A stretch of DNA of 64,000 nucleotides from positions 195,715 through 259,714 of the forward strand of contig MU619263.1 of assembly GCA_025201805.1 (NCBI GenBank), given 5' to 3'. The notes beneath the pieces are model-generated. The model was not told the DNA's origin. It worked only from the letters and a program-made list of their open reading frames with translations, and searched no databases. Within the stretch, counting starts at the first letter, position 1. Every line of letters starts with the position of its first letter. This document shows positions 25,906-39,617 of this stretch, piece by piece. A program made the position numbers and the translations under genes. The DNA comes from Parasitella parasitica NRRL 2501. Taxonomy: Eukaryota; Fungi; Mucoromycota.

Positions 25906-26250
25906 TATTATAACAAAAAAGTTTTCGAGTTGAGAAGAAAGAGAGGTAAAATTTTAATCTTTTGCAGTTGTTGCCCTGTTTTTACAAGGGAAAGCGAGTC
26001 ACCGCAGTAAAGGCGAGTTGCTCATTGCTAACAGACATCGTTCTGCTATGCGATACATCACACGCACGATATATCCTTGGATGCTATGCTGTATATACTA
26101 GAATTGGTTTATTCATGTCGGGCAAAAAGTGGGGGGGGGGGAGGGGGGGGGGGGGGAGGGAGGGATCTAAGAGGAGAGGTGAAGATGTATGTTGCAGCTT
26201 GAGAAATAGTAGTGTTCTACGGCAGATGTAAATTGCAAATCCAATGTTTT

Positions 26251-26690
26251 CTACTTTTTCACTTTGTTATCCATGAACTCCTTTGCTTCATTAATCTTCA
26301 GTGCTAAAAATGGAGAGCCTCCACGGTCAGGATGGTTGAGCAACATGATACGTCTGTGTGCTTCCTTGATCTTTTGTCTCGTTGCTGCTGATTCTCTACA
26401 AACATTTGAGATTGCATATAAACAATTGAGCCCTCCACATGTCAAGGCCGACTCTTACCTGACACCGAGAATTAAAGCTGCCTCTCTCTTGTTCATCTTG
26501 GCATCAAATCCTCCCTTGTAAAACTTGGAGATTCTGGGTGTCTTTGGTAATTTTTGATATTCTTGGAATGCCTTGATACCGAGACGCCCAGCAGTAGCTG
26601 CACCGGCAATGACAAAGCCCATTATAACAGCAGTCGACTATACGTTTACATGAGCGATGGTCTATTGCGATGTCAAATATGACTTACCAT
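26251..26690 (-). CDS. PAM18: Mitochondrial import motor J-protein Pam18/Tim14 (3 exons; first coding exon is ATG only)
   Basis: TM segment, then [21 protein letters not shown] and [32 protein letters not shown]. Confidence 0.95.
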
Positions 26691-27404
26691 TTTCTATTTC
26701 AATTTGCACAATGGAATAGTAGAAGAAGAAGAAAAAAAAAAAAGTTCCCTGAGTTTCATGGCCCCAGGATTTGACTTTTTTTAACGGTTTGATTGGTCAT
26801 TGACATAATTCTCGTCTTGGTGGAAGCGATTGTACGTAAAAGGTATAGCTGTCAGGGTTATCCTAGCTTTTGCTTAAGCGACTGGGGCATACCTGTTGAT
26901 GCACACGAGAATATTCTGTTTTATATAAAAGCGATACGCAGCCAATGTTGTTTGACTTTTATGTGTGGTTGCCTAAAAAAAGCAAAGGTGACATTTTAAT
27001 CAGTAATAGCCAAAGACCTTGCAAACTGACATAGCAGGGCAGATGGCGTTATTCAATATTGATTCAACACTGATAATTTTCAGCACCACATCTAATACTG
27101 CTCAAGTTTCTCATAATTCAATAACAATTACATGAAAAATATAAAGCAAAGGATTGATCTTTCAAAGCAATTTTTTTTTTGCTTTTTGGTATGTATGCAC
27201 ATTAATACCTACACACCTGACAAAGACAAAGCACCTTATATATGCAGAATGCAAGATATGTTGGCTTATAAACCAATTAATCCGACATTTGTAGCATTTC
27301 AACAATGCCTTCTCCTTTAAATTTTGATATGTATTCATGAGTAAAGAAAAAAAAAAGTTGGTTTTATATATAAAAACAGGGTATATTGATATATCAGTGA
27401 AATA

Positions 27405-29550
27405 TTAATCATCTTCCTCCTCTTCATCTTCCTCTACAATCATTTTGTTTTCTAATCTACTACGCAAGTTGTATTGGCGTTCTTCTATATTGTATCTAGA
27501 ACGTGGAATAAGGATATCGGCTCTACTTGGCTAATTAACGGGATGAATTTAGTGAGATGGGCGACTTAAGTATTAAATCTATCTGCCTTACCATCGGAGA
27601 CACACGGTGGAAGGCTGTCATGCTGTTGTTTACATCTGGCTCGGCCAATTCGGCTTTGCTGCATACACTCTTGCCATCTTCATCCTCATCCTCTCCAACC
27701 GAAGTAGCTGGAGAGGATGCAAGAGAAATCTGATCGTCGTCATAGTCATCATCAGCCGCAGAACTACATGTGGAGGATGTGTTTAGTATTAATTCATCGT
27801 CCTCCCTTGTTGGCGTAATGGAATGAATAGGAGTGAGAGGTAGCAGGGCTGTAGGATCCAAGGCAGGGTGTTTTGTCGCACATGAGTGTGTTGTGTTGTC
27901 TACATTGACGATGGGTATCGCTGTGATGATGGGTGGAGCAACCATGGTCCTCAGCATGAATTTATGTTGCTGCACTGCGCCAGGAAACCGTTTATGGCTT
28001 GAGACTAATTTTATCATTGGCTTTGACTTGACTCTATTGTCGCCAAGTGCTGGCTTGGGAGCAAACCACGATTTAAGCGAGTCTATCCAACCATCGTCGT
28101 TGTGGTTGTGCTCTATTTGTGTCGCACAAACGGGTTCAGACGGCAGTGTTTCGTCGGAAGTAACATTTACGGCATGGTTCGACTTTGAAAGCAACATTGT
28201 CCACAGGGTTCCGAGCATACCAAAATGATTTAAGCGCATTTCTTTAACAACAGACGTATCAAAACCTGCATTCAGCAGTGAGTCAGCTGTATATTGTTCC
28301 TTTAATTGTTGGCCTTTGTCTGCTACTGGAGCCAGAGGCGTTTGATTAGTAACATAGACATCGCTCAACCACGGATGATGTCTGATCTGCGATATGCCAA
28401 GTCTTTCGTAGGGATTTGCTTTCAAGATTTTTTGAACCAGATCTGCAACGTCTGTACAAATAATAGGCATTAGGTCTGTAAACAGTGGCATTGTTTATGT
28501 GTAGTATACCTTCTGAAAAATAAGTCGGCATAGAATACTCGATCTTGACCACTTTTCTCTGCAGCTCTGATTCCGAGTCATCATCAAATGGCAATTCACC
28601 AGCAAGCAGCGTATATAGAATCACGCCCAACGACCATATGTCGGTTGCTACAGGTTACACAAAAAGAGTAAGGAATCAGTCAAGCTTTAACAGAAAATCA
28701 CGGTTCAAACTCTACCAGGCCCAGAGTAATTTTGACGTTGGATCACCTCTNNNNNNNNNNNNNNNNNNNNAAAAAAAAAAAAAAAGAAGTGCGATGCAGA
28801 TTAGTTTAAAACAACTAGTTTTCTTTATGTATTTGTATAACTTACCAGGCGCCGAATAAGCTAAACTTCCACAGAACGTTTTCAAAAGCTGGTTTTTATC
28901 GGTCTGACGTGCGAAACCGAAATCACAAATCTTGACATTGTCATGCTCGTCTAGCAGAATATTCTCTAGCTTCAGGTCTCTGTGTATGATCCCCAGAGAA
29001 TGGCAGTATTGCATAGCATCAGTCAATTGCAGAAACCATTTTTTCACATGTGGCTCGGGGAATCGTGTTGTTTTTGCCAACGCATCAAATAAATCGCCAT
29101 GTGGACAGTGTTCGGAAACAATAAATACGCTCGTTTCAGTAGATAGAATCTCGTACAATGCCACAATGTTTGGGTGATGGAGCTGTTTATGATGATGGAT
29201 CTCGCGAGCCATGAGCGGGGCATGCTTTTTGCTGATCTTTTTGATAGCGACAGGTCGACAGGTTAGCTGATGCACACCTAATTTTACCTTGCCGTAACTT
29301 CCCTACATGCTTTTGTCAGTCTATCAATTCCTACAATGATACTAAAAATCGACATCATACCCTGCCAATGGTCTCTCCCAATGTGTAACATCCAATTGAT
29401 CTCAGCTTGGGAGATGTGAGTTCCTTCAACAGGTCATTATAATCTGCTGCCAGCTAGAGCGGTATTTTTTAATTATTAATCTGCACTCATGCGCATTCCC
29501 ACACTTATAATTACTTTGGCTTTTCGATTGCGAATGACAGAATTTGGCAT
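27405..29550 (-). CDS. CAMK-like Ser/Thr protein kinase, Ppk16-like (about 7 exons; one acceptor abuts an N gap)
   Basis: N-terminal LAADYNDLLKEL..IGCYTLGETIGRGSYGKV; VAIK; HRDLKLEN; DFGF; CGSLAYSAPE; DIWSLGV; C-terminal IVEEDEEEEDD. The subfamily call is from recalled similarity only. Confidence 0.9.
28751..28770. other. Assembly gap inside a kinase intron
   Basis: 20 n next to poly-A. Confidence 1.
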
Positions 29551-30043
29551 TCTATGTCTATAATTGAAAAATTAAGGGAAAAATAAAAAAAAAAGAAGAA
29601 AGAGAAGATAGAAAATTAGAAAAGGATGGGAAGGGAAGGGAGGCAGGATTAAATAAACAACTCATTCTGAACTGAAATCACCACTGTATAGTCACAATGG
29701 ACATCTGCGCTATGTACGGTACATGGTTAAATCAAAATAGACTTCATTGTAAGCATAAAAATTGGCAATATATTAAATGTATATCACCAGCTGGTTGTAT
29801 CACAAAAAGTTTAATTTCCAATGCCCTAATAGACGTCTTTTTTGTGTTGTCATTAAATATTTCATTGTACAGGCAAGACAATAGGATCTCCTCTTACAAA
29901 AAGGGGAGGAAGGCCATCATCATGTGGTAACCGCACCAAAAAAAGAACCACAGCTTCATTATCTCATTACGGCCAGCGTCGAGCACATACCGTCATCTTC
30001 TTCAAGACTAAAATAGGCAAAGGCGGACTCTCCGTCTCCTTCT

Positions 30044-30170
30044 CCCTCTCTCACTCTCTCACTCTCACTCTCACTCTCTCACTCTCTCTCTCTCTCTCTC
30101 TTTCTCTTTCTTATTTAAGAAATCAAATTTATTATCCTTTCCCTCTCTCTCTGTCTCTCTCTCTTTCTTT
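30044..30170. repeat. (CT)n-rich tract upstream of the 30269 gene
   Basis: ctctctc/actctc tandem units. Confidence 0.85.
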
Positions 30171-30268
30171 CTCAAGGCCCGATACCATTGCACGCATAAT
30201 ATATCAGATAATTGTAATATCCAAACACACATATACACTCCCTGCCTACATCCAATATCCCAGAAACA

Positions 30269-31434
30269 ATGGTAAAGTAACGAAATAATAGAGCTAAAGA
30301 ACCCAAGATAATCATGCTTCTGTCTAGTCATTTCCCGAGCCGTTGCCATCGGCATCAACACCACTTCAATCTGAATCCGATATACGAACCGAGACAAACC
30401 ACAGGCCTCGAAGACACACCATAACACGGCCAGACTCAGCCATGGCATTGTTATCAGATTTGGAGGACGATGGGGGTAACGATGAGGACCAGCAGCAGGA
30501 AGCATTTGATAGAATCTCAAACATTTTAAACAGCTTAATACAAGAGGCAAATGACGCTGTTCATGGCATCGAAAATGAGCGCGTTCAGCTTCTATCTTCA
30601 AATACAAGCAGAAAACCATCGAAAACTCCAAGAGTGTTTACATCTTCGACAATTATCACGCAAAAACACAATGATTGCGAGAAACCAGCAAGGCCAACCA
30701 AGTCTCGCTCCTCAATACATCAGCGGAACTCGAGCGCTTCTTCATCAGCGTCGTCGTCAAACTCTATGTTCTCGCCAGCTTCGGCAGCAGGTACAAGTGC
30801 AACGTTATCGCCGTCTCCTTCGCCGACTTTAACAAACTTCAAAAAGCAATTATTCAGACACACGGCACCACGACATCGGTCTTGCCCTATGCCCTCTCGT
30901 CGATCAATGACGCCGAGAACCAAGAGGAGCAACCATCTTGCAGTGGCATCTGATCCCATCACCGAATCGTTCAAAAGACTAGACACATCCATGGCATTGG
31001 TGGACTCGCTCTCTCGTGACCTGGCGACACAGAAAGTAAAGGACAACAACAACACCATTCTTTTTCTACTTGTACCATTGCTGCATATACCACATTCGCT
31101 CATCACCATGATTTTCGACCTCTGCTCCTCCAACAGCACCATCAGCACAGACAAGCCAGCTTCTTCGTTCATGTCCTCTCTGATTCTGTGGGTGTGTGTG
31201 TTTGCTGCTACACATTTAATGGTGGATCAGGTCTCTGCCGTACCCGCAAAAAAGCCATTGATGCAAAAATCACGACGCACGTCCATTCCAGGATCCTTTA
31301 CAAATAATAATGCAAAAAGACACCTGGCTGAGAGGAAAACGACGACAACAGCAGCTTCTACAAAGCGCACTTGGATACCAGCAACTGTACAGCAACAAGC
31401 ATTGCCTGAAGTAAGGAGAAGAAAGTCCATTTAG
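30269..31434 (+). CDS. Hypothetical Ser-rich protein with two hydrophobic segments (ATG-only first exon, intron 30272-30327)
   Basis: ATG|gtaaag...tctag|TCA joins the 363-aa ORF in frame. Helical EAFDRISNILNSLIQEANDAV; hydrophobic ILFLLVPLLHIPHSLITMIF and LILWVCVFAATHL. Confidence 0.75.
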
Positions 31435-31438
31435 GCCC

Positions 31439-31543
31439 NNNNNNNNNNNNNNNNNNNNNNNNNNNNNNNNNNNNNNNNNNNNNNNNNNNNNNNNNNNNNN
31501 NNNNNNNNNNNNNNNNNNNNNNNNNNNNNNNNNNNNNNNNNNN
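31439..31543. other. Assembly gap (N run)
   Basis: Run of n. Confidence 1.
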
Positions 31544-32308
31544 CTTAATAAAAGGGGGGCAGGCGGTTTTTATATACAAGTCCCAGTAGGCAGCAAAAGA
31601 TACAGATCTGCTAATATAGTAATAATAATAATAATAACAGCAATGATGGGATAAAGTATGGTGAATAATCCAACATTGTGCATTTGAAGGGCCATCACAT
31701 TTAGCAATTCTGAATACTTTAAATGTGCTTTTAGTTTTGTTATTATTCACTGTATTGACTCTACTCGACATCTCTTTGCATATCCCTTGTAAACATTGCT
31801 TCAAAGTTTTGTTTTCTCAAGACCAGATAACCATGACATGTCTTGAGGAATATTTGATCTTTTCAGTGCTACACATTCTTCATAGCTTGTCTATTTCCAC
31901 TTTTTTGATGATGCTTTTATTACGACTGTGTATAGCTTCAAGCTGTGATAGTGATGGGGCGCAAAGACCTCCAAGATTTTTGAATAGCAATGCTATATAA
32001 TACATTCGGTTTGCCAATGTCATCAGGCGAAAATTTGATCTAGCTATGCCATCACATCTTTGATATCATCCTAATTCTTTTTTTTCTTCTTCTTCTTTGC
32101 TTTGAGGATAGCTTTGATAAACACCAAATACTCAAATCTTTTGGGAATTTGTACGTGTGTTCATCTATAGTATAAGCGATACAATCAGGCAACCACGAAG
32201 GAACAGAGGCAGCTGCTAGCTGTGACGGTACTCCATAACCTTTCATGGTCGAAATGAGATTTATTTTTTCCTTCTCTTTCAACGACATCAAGCTCTGTAA
32301 CTCCAACG

Positions 32309-34828
32309 ATGGCTGACGAGTTAAATACCAACGAAAATAACAAGCGTCCTCTTGACGACGACTCCCCAGCTGTAGAAGAAGATTCTGGCAAGTAACGCCA
32401 CTATAATTGCCTGAAATATTGGCTAATTTTCGTATTCTACACTTTTTTTTTTTTTTTTTTTAGACGATGATATTGGACCTGCTCTCCCTCCGCCTCCTAC
32501 AGAGGAAGCACCCAAGAAGAAAAAGAGAAGTAATTACCAGCACAGTGCCAAGTAGCAATAGTCGGCTCACAATTCTTGATTTGTAGCACTGATTTATGAA
32601 AAGCTCTACCTGGAACACCTGCCAAATGCTGACATGTACGAAAAAAGCTACATGCATCGCGACGTACTGAACCAAGTAGCTATTACAAAGTAAGTAACTG
32701 TCGATCCTCAACGGCATTTGCGCATAAACTCAACTCATCTTGTAGGAACGATTTTATTGTTACAACTTCTGTCGACGGTCATTTGAAATTTTGGAAAAAG
32801 ACTGCGTCAGGCATCGAATTTGTAAAGCACTATAAATCGCATCTGTCAAGCATTGTCGATATCAGTCTATCTGCAGACAATGAACTGCTAGCGACTATTT
32901 CCGATGACAAGTCTCTCAAGGTGTACGATATCACTAATTTCGGTAAGCAAAAGATCAATCCATCATCGTTGACCTGGGATTCATGTTCATGTTTGCTAGA
33001 TATGATCAATATGATCAAGTTAAAGTACAGACCCAAAGCTGTTTGCTGGATCCATCAAAAAGGACAGGCACAAGCTTTAGCTGCAGTGTAAGCGTTATTG
33101 AAGAAATAGAAAAAGAAGAAAAAAAAATAGAAAAGTACTCATTCATTGTGAAATCATGCTCACAGATCTGAGGCCGATAACTCGAATATTCACATATACG
33201 ATGGACGATCTGACGGAAAACCTCTCCACACACTATCCAAAATGCACTCAAAGCCGGTTCATTTAATAGAGTTCAACTCGAGGTTTGACACTGCTGTATC
33301 TGTGGACTCGTTGGGGATGATCGAGTATTGGTCCCCAGAAGAACCTTTTGGATTGCCAGACAGCCTCGATTTTAACATGAAATCCCAAACAGACTTGTAC
33401 GAGTTTAGAAAGGTAAGGATACTCGACCTAAATTTTTTTTTAAAAAAAACTTAACCGGAATATGCTGACCTTTGCGCTAGAAAAAATCAGTGCCCACCTG
33501 CTTGAATTTCTCTGCTGACGGATTGAGTTTTGTCACCATGAGTTTCCCTGATCGTCAAGTCAGGTTATTTAAATTTTTGACCGGCAAAATGTATAGAGAG
33601 TACGATGAAAGTCTGCACGTTATTAGCGAAATGCAACAGGCTGGCACATCAATCTTCAAATTGGACGACATGGAGTTTGGTAGACGATTAGCCGTTGAAA
33701 AGGAATTGGAAAAGTCAAACCAAGCAAGATTTGTAAACGCAGTTTTTGACGAAACTGGAAACTTTATCATCTACGGGGCATTGCTCGGTATTAAAGGTAG
33801 AGCTTACGAGCAATCTTTGGGATGAACGCTGGTGGTGCTAAATCTGAATATTCCGTGTAGTTATCAACGTAAAGACTAACAAAGTGGCCCGCGTTATTGG
33901 TAAATCAGAGTCTAACCGATTTGTCAACGTTGGTTTATATCAAGGGGCACCCAAAAAGAAGGGCGTTTATACTCTAGTAAGAAAGCCTTGGGTAGTTTGG
34001 TGAAAATCACACACTGAACAATGCTTTGTAATAGGCAATGGCCGCTTCTGACAATGCAGCCCTTAAAGAAAGCCAAGAGCTCGACCCTACACTTTTCTGC
34101 ACAGCATTCAATAAGAATAGGTTCTACATGATGACCCGTAGAGAGCCCTTTGAGTAAGATTTGGTTCTCTAGCTACAGTATGGTATACTAATTTTTCATG
34201 ATAATAGCAATGCTCAAAAGGGAGAGCGTGATGTCTTTAACGAAAAGCCCTCTCGTGAAGAACAAACAGTTGCAGCAACCCAAGAACGTAAGCAAGTACT
34301 TGGTACTTCTGCCATCTTGCGTACCACTTCAGGTGATATCCATATGCGTTTGTTCCCTGATGCTGCGCCCAAGGCAGTCGAAAACTTTGTAACGCACGCC
34401 AAGAATGGATATTACGATAACCTGATTTTCCATCGTGTCATCAAGGGATTTATGATTCAGACTGGCTGTCCATTTGGTGATGGCACTGGCGGTGAATCTA
34501 TTTGGGGCGATGATTTCGAGGATGAATTTTCAAGAGAGTTTAAACATGATCGTCCATATACAGTGAGTATGGCTAATGCCGGTCCAAACACTAATGGTAG
34601 CCAATTCTTCATCACAGTTGCTCCTGCCGTAAGTTTCTATTTGTATTATTTGATATGTGGCCAAACTAAACCCTGTACGGAATATAGACATGGCTGGATA
34701 ATAAGCACACTGTGTTTGGTAGAGTTACGGCTGGTATGGATGTAGTGCATAGTGTAGAAAATGCCAAGGTGGATAAAACAAACAAGCCTTATGATGATAT
34801 CAAAATTATCAATATTGAAATTCGATAG
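32309..34828 (+). CDS. PPWD1: Peptidyl-prolyl isomerase domain and WD-repeat protein PPWD1/Cyp15 (spliceosomal), about 11 exons
   Basis: [15 protein letters not shown]; [21 protein letters not shown]; [12 protein letters not shown]; cyclophilin domain [55 protein letters not shown]. Confidence 0.96.
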
Positions 34829-34910
34829 AGTATATATATAATAATAAAATTAGATGTTTGTAATGACACTGAATTTATTACAATTCTCCTTTCGCCAAGT
34901 ACTACTTTTT

Positions 34911-35110
34911 NNNNNNNNNNNNNNNNNNNNNNNNNNNNNNNNNNNNNNNNNNNNNNNNNNNNNNNNNNNNNNNNNNNNNNNNNNNNNNNNNNNNNNNNNN
35001 NNNNNNNNNNNNNNNNNNNNNNNNNNNNNNNNNNNNNNNNNNNNNNNNNNNNNNNNNNNNNNNNNNNNNNNNNNNNNNNNNNNNNNNNNNNNNNNNNNNN
35101 NNNNNNNNNN
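34911..35110. other. Assembly gap (N run)
   Basis: 200 n between poly-T and poly-C. Confidence 1.
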
Positions 35111-35152
35111 CCCCCCCTGTATATTTCAAACAACTAATTTCCTGCTTTTGCA

Positions 35153-37818
35153 ATGGGAACTGATCTTGCATCCAACATATCTACCAGATCAAAGGTTGCT
35201 CTTGTTACTCTTATCAGCGTTTCTGTTCTCGGGAGCGTTTATTACGGCAAATACAAACGGAGCAAGGACAAAGTGTCGTCGAGCGACAATAAACTGGCAG
35301 CTATCGATGACAACTCATTGTACAATGATTTTGTTGCTTCGTTGCCAGAGTCTCTCAGTCTGTTTGATAACTCTGCCGACAGCTTTTTGAGCAGCCTGTT
35401 TGGCTCAAGCTACTCCCCTGCCGACTATATACCCGGATTCATTCCCACTTCCCTCGAGGAGCTGAAAGAACACATGGCTTCACTTTATCCTAATTTTGAG
35501 AGCCAATTCGAGACTATCCGTGAAATGTACAACTCGTTCTGGGAGTTTTTGTCGCTGGAAGAGTTTAAAAACATTGTTAGAGAGTCGATGGAGGAGGATG
35601 ACGATCCTGAATTGCACCCAGAGATTGAACATGACGCCTATGTGAGGACGGGCCAAGCGCTATCAGAAGAAGAAATTCAGTTTGCTCAGGTAAGAAAGCA
35701 AAAGATGAAGGCTGCCTTTGCCTTTTTCATTGGAGTAGAGGAACATGAGGTCGAGCTCGATGATATTCCCCATATCGGAATTGCATCAAGGTAAGATGAA
35801 AAAAAAAAAAGACTACGGCGTTCTTTGCGAGTATACGGTATATTTGACTGGACTGTTTGCATGTACCGTACATTTTAGTGGAGGTGGTTATCGCGCCATG
35901 GTGGGCTGTTCTGGATATTTGCATGCATTGAACGAAACAGGTATCCTTGACTGTGTGCTGTACATGGCAGGTGTATCTGGATCAACATGGGCCATGTCCC
36001 AGTTCTACAGCCCCTTGACCGACGCATCAGCGGAGACGCTCAAGGGCCATCTTTCAAGTCGAATCCATACACACATTGCCAATTTATCCAACTTTTTAAC
36101 GGTGCTGAATGCATCGCGCCACAATGCCAAAATCCTGCTACATGGCATTGTGCAGCGCTATTACCAGCAAAATGGAAGCGTCAGCTTGGTGGACATCTTT
36201 GGTATGCTATTGGGCGGCACGCTTTTAGCCAAGAAAATAACCGTTGCGCCGCCAAACGACGAGAAAGCTGGAAAAATAAAGGAAAACGATGCAAACTCGT
36301 ACAGCGAGAATATAGAGGATCCGTCAGACATTGGACTCCACAATCAACAAGAGCACACTCAGTCAGGAACTGTTCACGAAGACGATGGTACGGAGGTCAA
36401 GCCGCGTTTGCTCAACAAGAATGAAATCAAGCTGTCTATGCAGAAAAGTTATTTCCAAGATGGATCGCTGCCCATGCCAATTTATTGCGCTGTCAGACAC
36501 GAGGTGGAGCCTGCTCATCTGAATAAGGCGGCTACTGTTTCATCCAAGCAAGGTCTTGAGCCATGTAAAGAGACTGAGGATGTGGTGGAAAAGAATCAAA
36601 TTGATGTCAAGGAGACCGGACAAGAAGAAGAGGAGGAGGAGGAGGAGGAGGAGGAAAGAGACGACAAGGATAAAGAGGAAATGCAAGAGGAAACAAATGA
36701 TCTCTACCAATGGTTTGAATTTACACCCTATGATATGGGAAGCGAAGAGATTAACGGTAATATATTTTACACATAAAAAAAAAAAAAAAGTTTACATGTA
36801 TTATAGTGCTAAACACCTTATTACCTATACAGCGTGGATTCCAACATGGTCGTTTGGAAGAAAGTTTGAAAATGGCAAGAATTTGGAAAGACTTCCCGAG
36901 CAAAGTCTAGGCATACTCATGGGCATGTTTGGGTCTGCATTTGTTGCGAGCCTTGCTCACTTTTACCAAGAAATTCGCTTGCTGTTGCCTACATCCGCCA
37001 TAGAAAAGGCTGATGAAATGATCCGCAGTTACAAAGCATCTGTATCCTCCATCCACCCCATCTCGCCTGCATCATTTCCCAATCCTTTTTACAGAATGCC
37101 AACAACTGTGCAAGACAAAGATGAATCGCAAGATAAGCAAGAAGTTTTGCGATCTCACAGCCTAGTTGAATCCGAACTGATCGGGCTGATGGACGCTGGT
37201 ATGGACAACAACTTGCCTTTTTACCCTTTGCTGAGACAAGGCCGCGATGTGGATGTCATCCTCGCCATTGATTTGAGTGCTGATATCCAAGATTCGCCCT
37301 ACTTTGAGCGCGCAGAGGGGTATGTCAAACGGCGTGGCATTAAAGGCTGGCCTGCTGGTGCAGGATGGCCTCGTCAAAAGAAATCAGAGAGCGGCTCTGA
37401 CCCTGTCGCGGTAGCTCGTCAAACGAAACCCTCTGTCGCAGACAAAGAGCAGGTCAAGACATCGAAATACGCTCTAGACACATGCACAGTTTTCGAATCA
37501 AGCTCCTCAGAAACTATCCCTTCAAGCAACAATGACACATCCAGCATCACAAGTTATCCCGAAAACACCAACCCCATCACCCTCGTTTATTTCCCACTGA
37601 TCGTCAACGAAAACTACGACCCCGAATTTGACCCTCAAACAGCTGAATTCTGCAGCACATGGAACTTTGTCTACTCTTCCGCCCAAGTCAGCAAGTTACA
37701 CGGATTAGCGGAAGCCAACGTCAAGGATAACCTAGAAACAGTGCGCAAGGTAGTCAAGGACACATGGAAGCGCAAGAGAAGCGAACGACTGAAAAAAGAG
37801 GATTTATCTCGAATGTAA
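35153..37818 (+). CDS. Cytosolic phospholipase A2 / lysophospholipase catalytic-domain protein with N-terminal membrane anchor (3 exons)
   Basis: [11 protein letters not shown] (oxyanion/Arg), AGVSGSTW (nucleophile), [20 protein letters not shown] (catalytic Asp), [10 protein letters not shown]. Confidence 0.9.
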
Positions 37819-37866
37819 CGCCTTTTATTTAGCAATATGTACTTGTCATATATAAAAAATACACAG

Positions 37867-38124
37867 CTATTTACTAAGTGTATGTTCCAGCTTGTGAAGA
37901 TGCTGCACATCTTTGGGCGTGCCTTCGTTTTCAACCTTGCGGATCATTTGAGGGTACAAGTCCCAATCCTCGCATTCGTCTTTTGACTGTTGAGCACTGC
38001 ATACGAATCCATTGTCAATCTTGTCGCATTTTTTCTCGTTGACAGTGTCTCTGTAGACGGAGGGGTGTGTCGTGGTATCAAGATCGTCGTGAGCCTGTTG
38101 TCTGTTTTTGTTGGTATCCGCCAT
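37867..38124 (-). CDS. Small hypothetical protein (about 85 aa) with three Cys
   Basis: Good start context (caaaATGGCG), intact ORF, followed by an A/T-rich terminator zone shared with the lipase gene. Confidence 0.5.
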   Translation of the reverse strand: MADTNKNRQQAHDDLDTTTHPSVYRDTVNEKKCDKIDNGFVCSAQQSKDECEDWDLYPQMIRKVENEGTPKDVQHLHKLEHTLSK

Positions 38125-38758
38125 TTTGTAGAAATCAAACGCCAAAGAAAATGGTGGGAAAAAAAAAAGTAAATGTTCCCCAAACAGCCCAACCCTTTTT
38201 TTTTTTTAATTTTATTCGCATTTGTTTTTTACGATTTGTTTCTGCTGGGAGCTGATCGGGTTTTAGCACAACGGCTCTGATCGGTATGGAGAGGGGAGGG
38301 AAACAATGACATAATGTCGGAAGATCTAGAGCAGTTCCAATGTTTAAGTTCCCTATGATGTAAAATCCCAATAACCAAAAAATGTGTGATTTTTTTTGCC
38401 CCAAGTACAGCACTTTATTTATTACCAGTAAAAAAAAAAAAGAGCATTCGTTGGCCACTAAAGTTAAACCTCTTGGTGAACAATGGGCATGTGGAGTCAA
38501 TCGACGGTTCTAAAAATCATAACGTTCACAAATTATCATCAACGAACACTCTGAAGAGTGTCTCCTTCGATGTGTGTTTCTCTTCATACAAAACCAATAA
38601 AAAAAACTACACAATTAATCCTCTAAAAAGGGCCCTATGCTTGGCTTTTTGTGCGAGTTTTATTCCAAAAAAAAAATTCCAAAAAAAAAGAGTGCGTATC
38701 ATGAAATAAGGAAGATAGAGTGTATATGGTGGTGATGGTGGTGGTTCTTCTTGTTCTT

Positions 38759-39349
38759 TTACTTCTTTTTGCCAAAAGTCAAAGGATCGCCAATATTCTT
38801 TCCTCTTAATTTGACGCCAAGAGCACGTTCCAGCTTACCGAGGACGTTTTGATTAGGAATAGCCTTACCAGACTCATAATCCTGGACAACTTGAGGCTTT
38901 TCATTGATAAGTTGTGCCACTTCCGATTGTTTCAAGTTCTTATTGCTACGAGCAGTTTGAATAGCTTTACCTACAGAAACATCGACACGGGGAGGAGGGG
39001 CGACATCATTCTCACGATCGATCTTGGCAATACGACGATGATCTGTGTTGGCATGGCCAGCGTTAGTAACGTTCTTTTTTTCTGTTGAAATAGCAGCACC
39101 AGCCTATGTAAGAAAGAAAAAAAAAAAAGATTGTCAAATTATTACGTAAAATAACACGAATTAGAATCATAGGCTTACTCTTCTGGCAGCATTGAGTTCA
39201 GTTGTAGAACGAGTGACAGTGGCCTTGTCAGTACGCTTACGAAGAATGGTAGTTTGGTCCCAGTCTATACAATCACACACACGCACACACATTAAGTCTC
39301 TCTCGCTTCATTGTCACTGTTGCAGATTTATACAAAACTTACCAGACAT
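38759..39349 (-). CDS. MBF1: Multiprotein bridging factor 1 (3 exons; absent from ORF track)
   Basis: Spliced: MSDWDQTTILRK...LNAARRAGAAISTEKK...IAKIDRE...VGKAIQTAR..LKQSEVAQLINEKPQVVQDYESGKAIPNQNVLGKLERALGVKLRGKNIG. Confidence 0.96.
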
Positions 39350-39617
39350 ATTTCTATAATGTTTTGTTTGAAAAAAAAAAAAAAAAAAGAAAAAGGAGAG
39401 AAAATTTTGTAAACCGCAGCTTTTTGTTGCCTCAAATTATTAAATATCAAAATTTACTGGCATTGAAGTACCAATGGGATTGTGTCAAGGTGAGGCCTTG
39501 GAAAGCCATGGAAAGATCTCGCTGTAATTTAATATGGCATCTGCTGACAGGTGGTGCTACGACTCCTCCTCAAGTGGCGACGGGGACATGCGACATTAAC
39601 AAGAGAAAAGGGCCCGT

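Noticed and set aside
31544-32306. Minus-strand ORFs upstream of PPWD1 suggesting a divergent gene
   Set aside because: Could not build a continuous spliced frame or recognise a domain.
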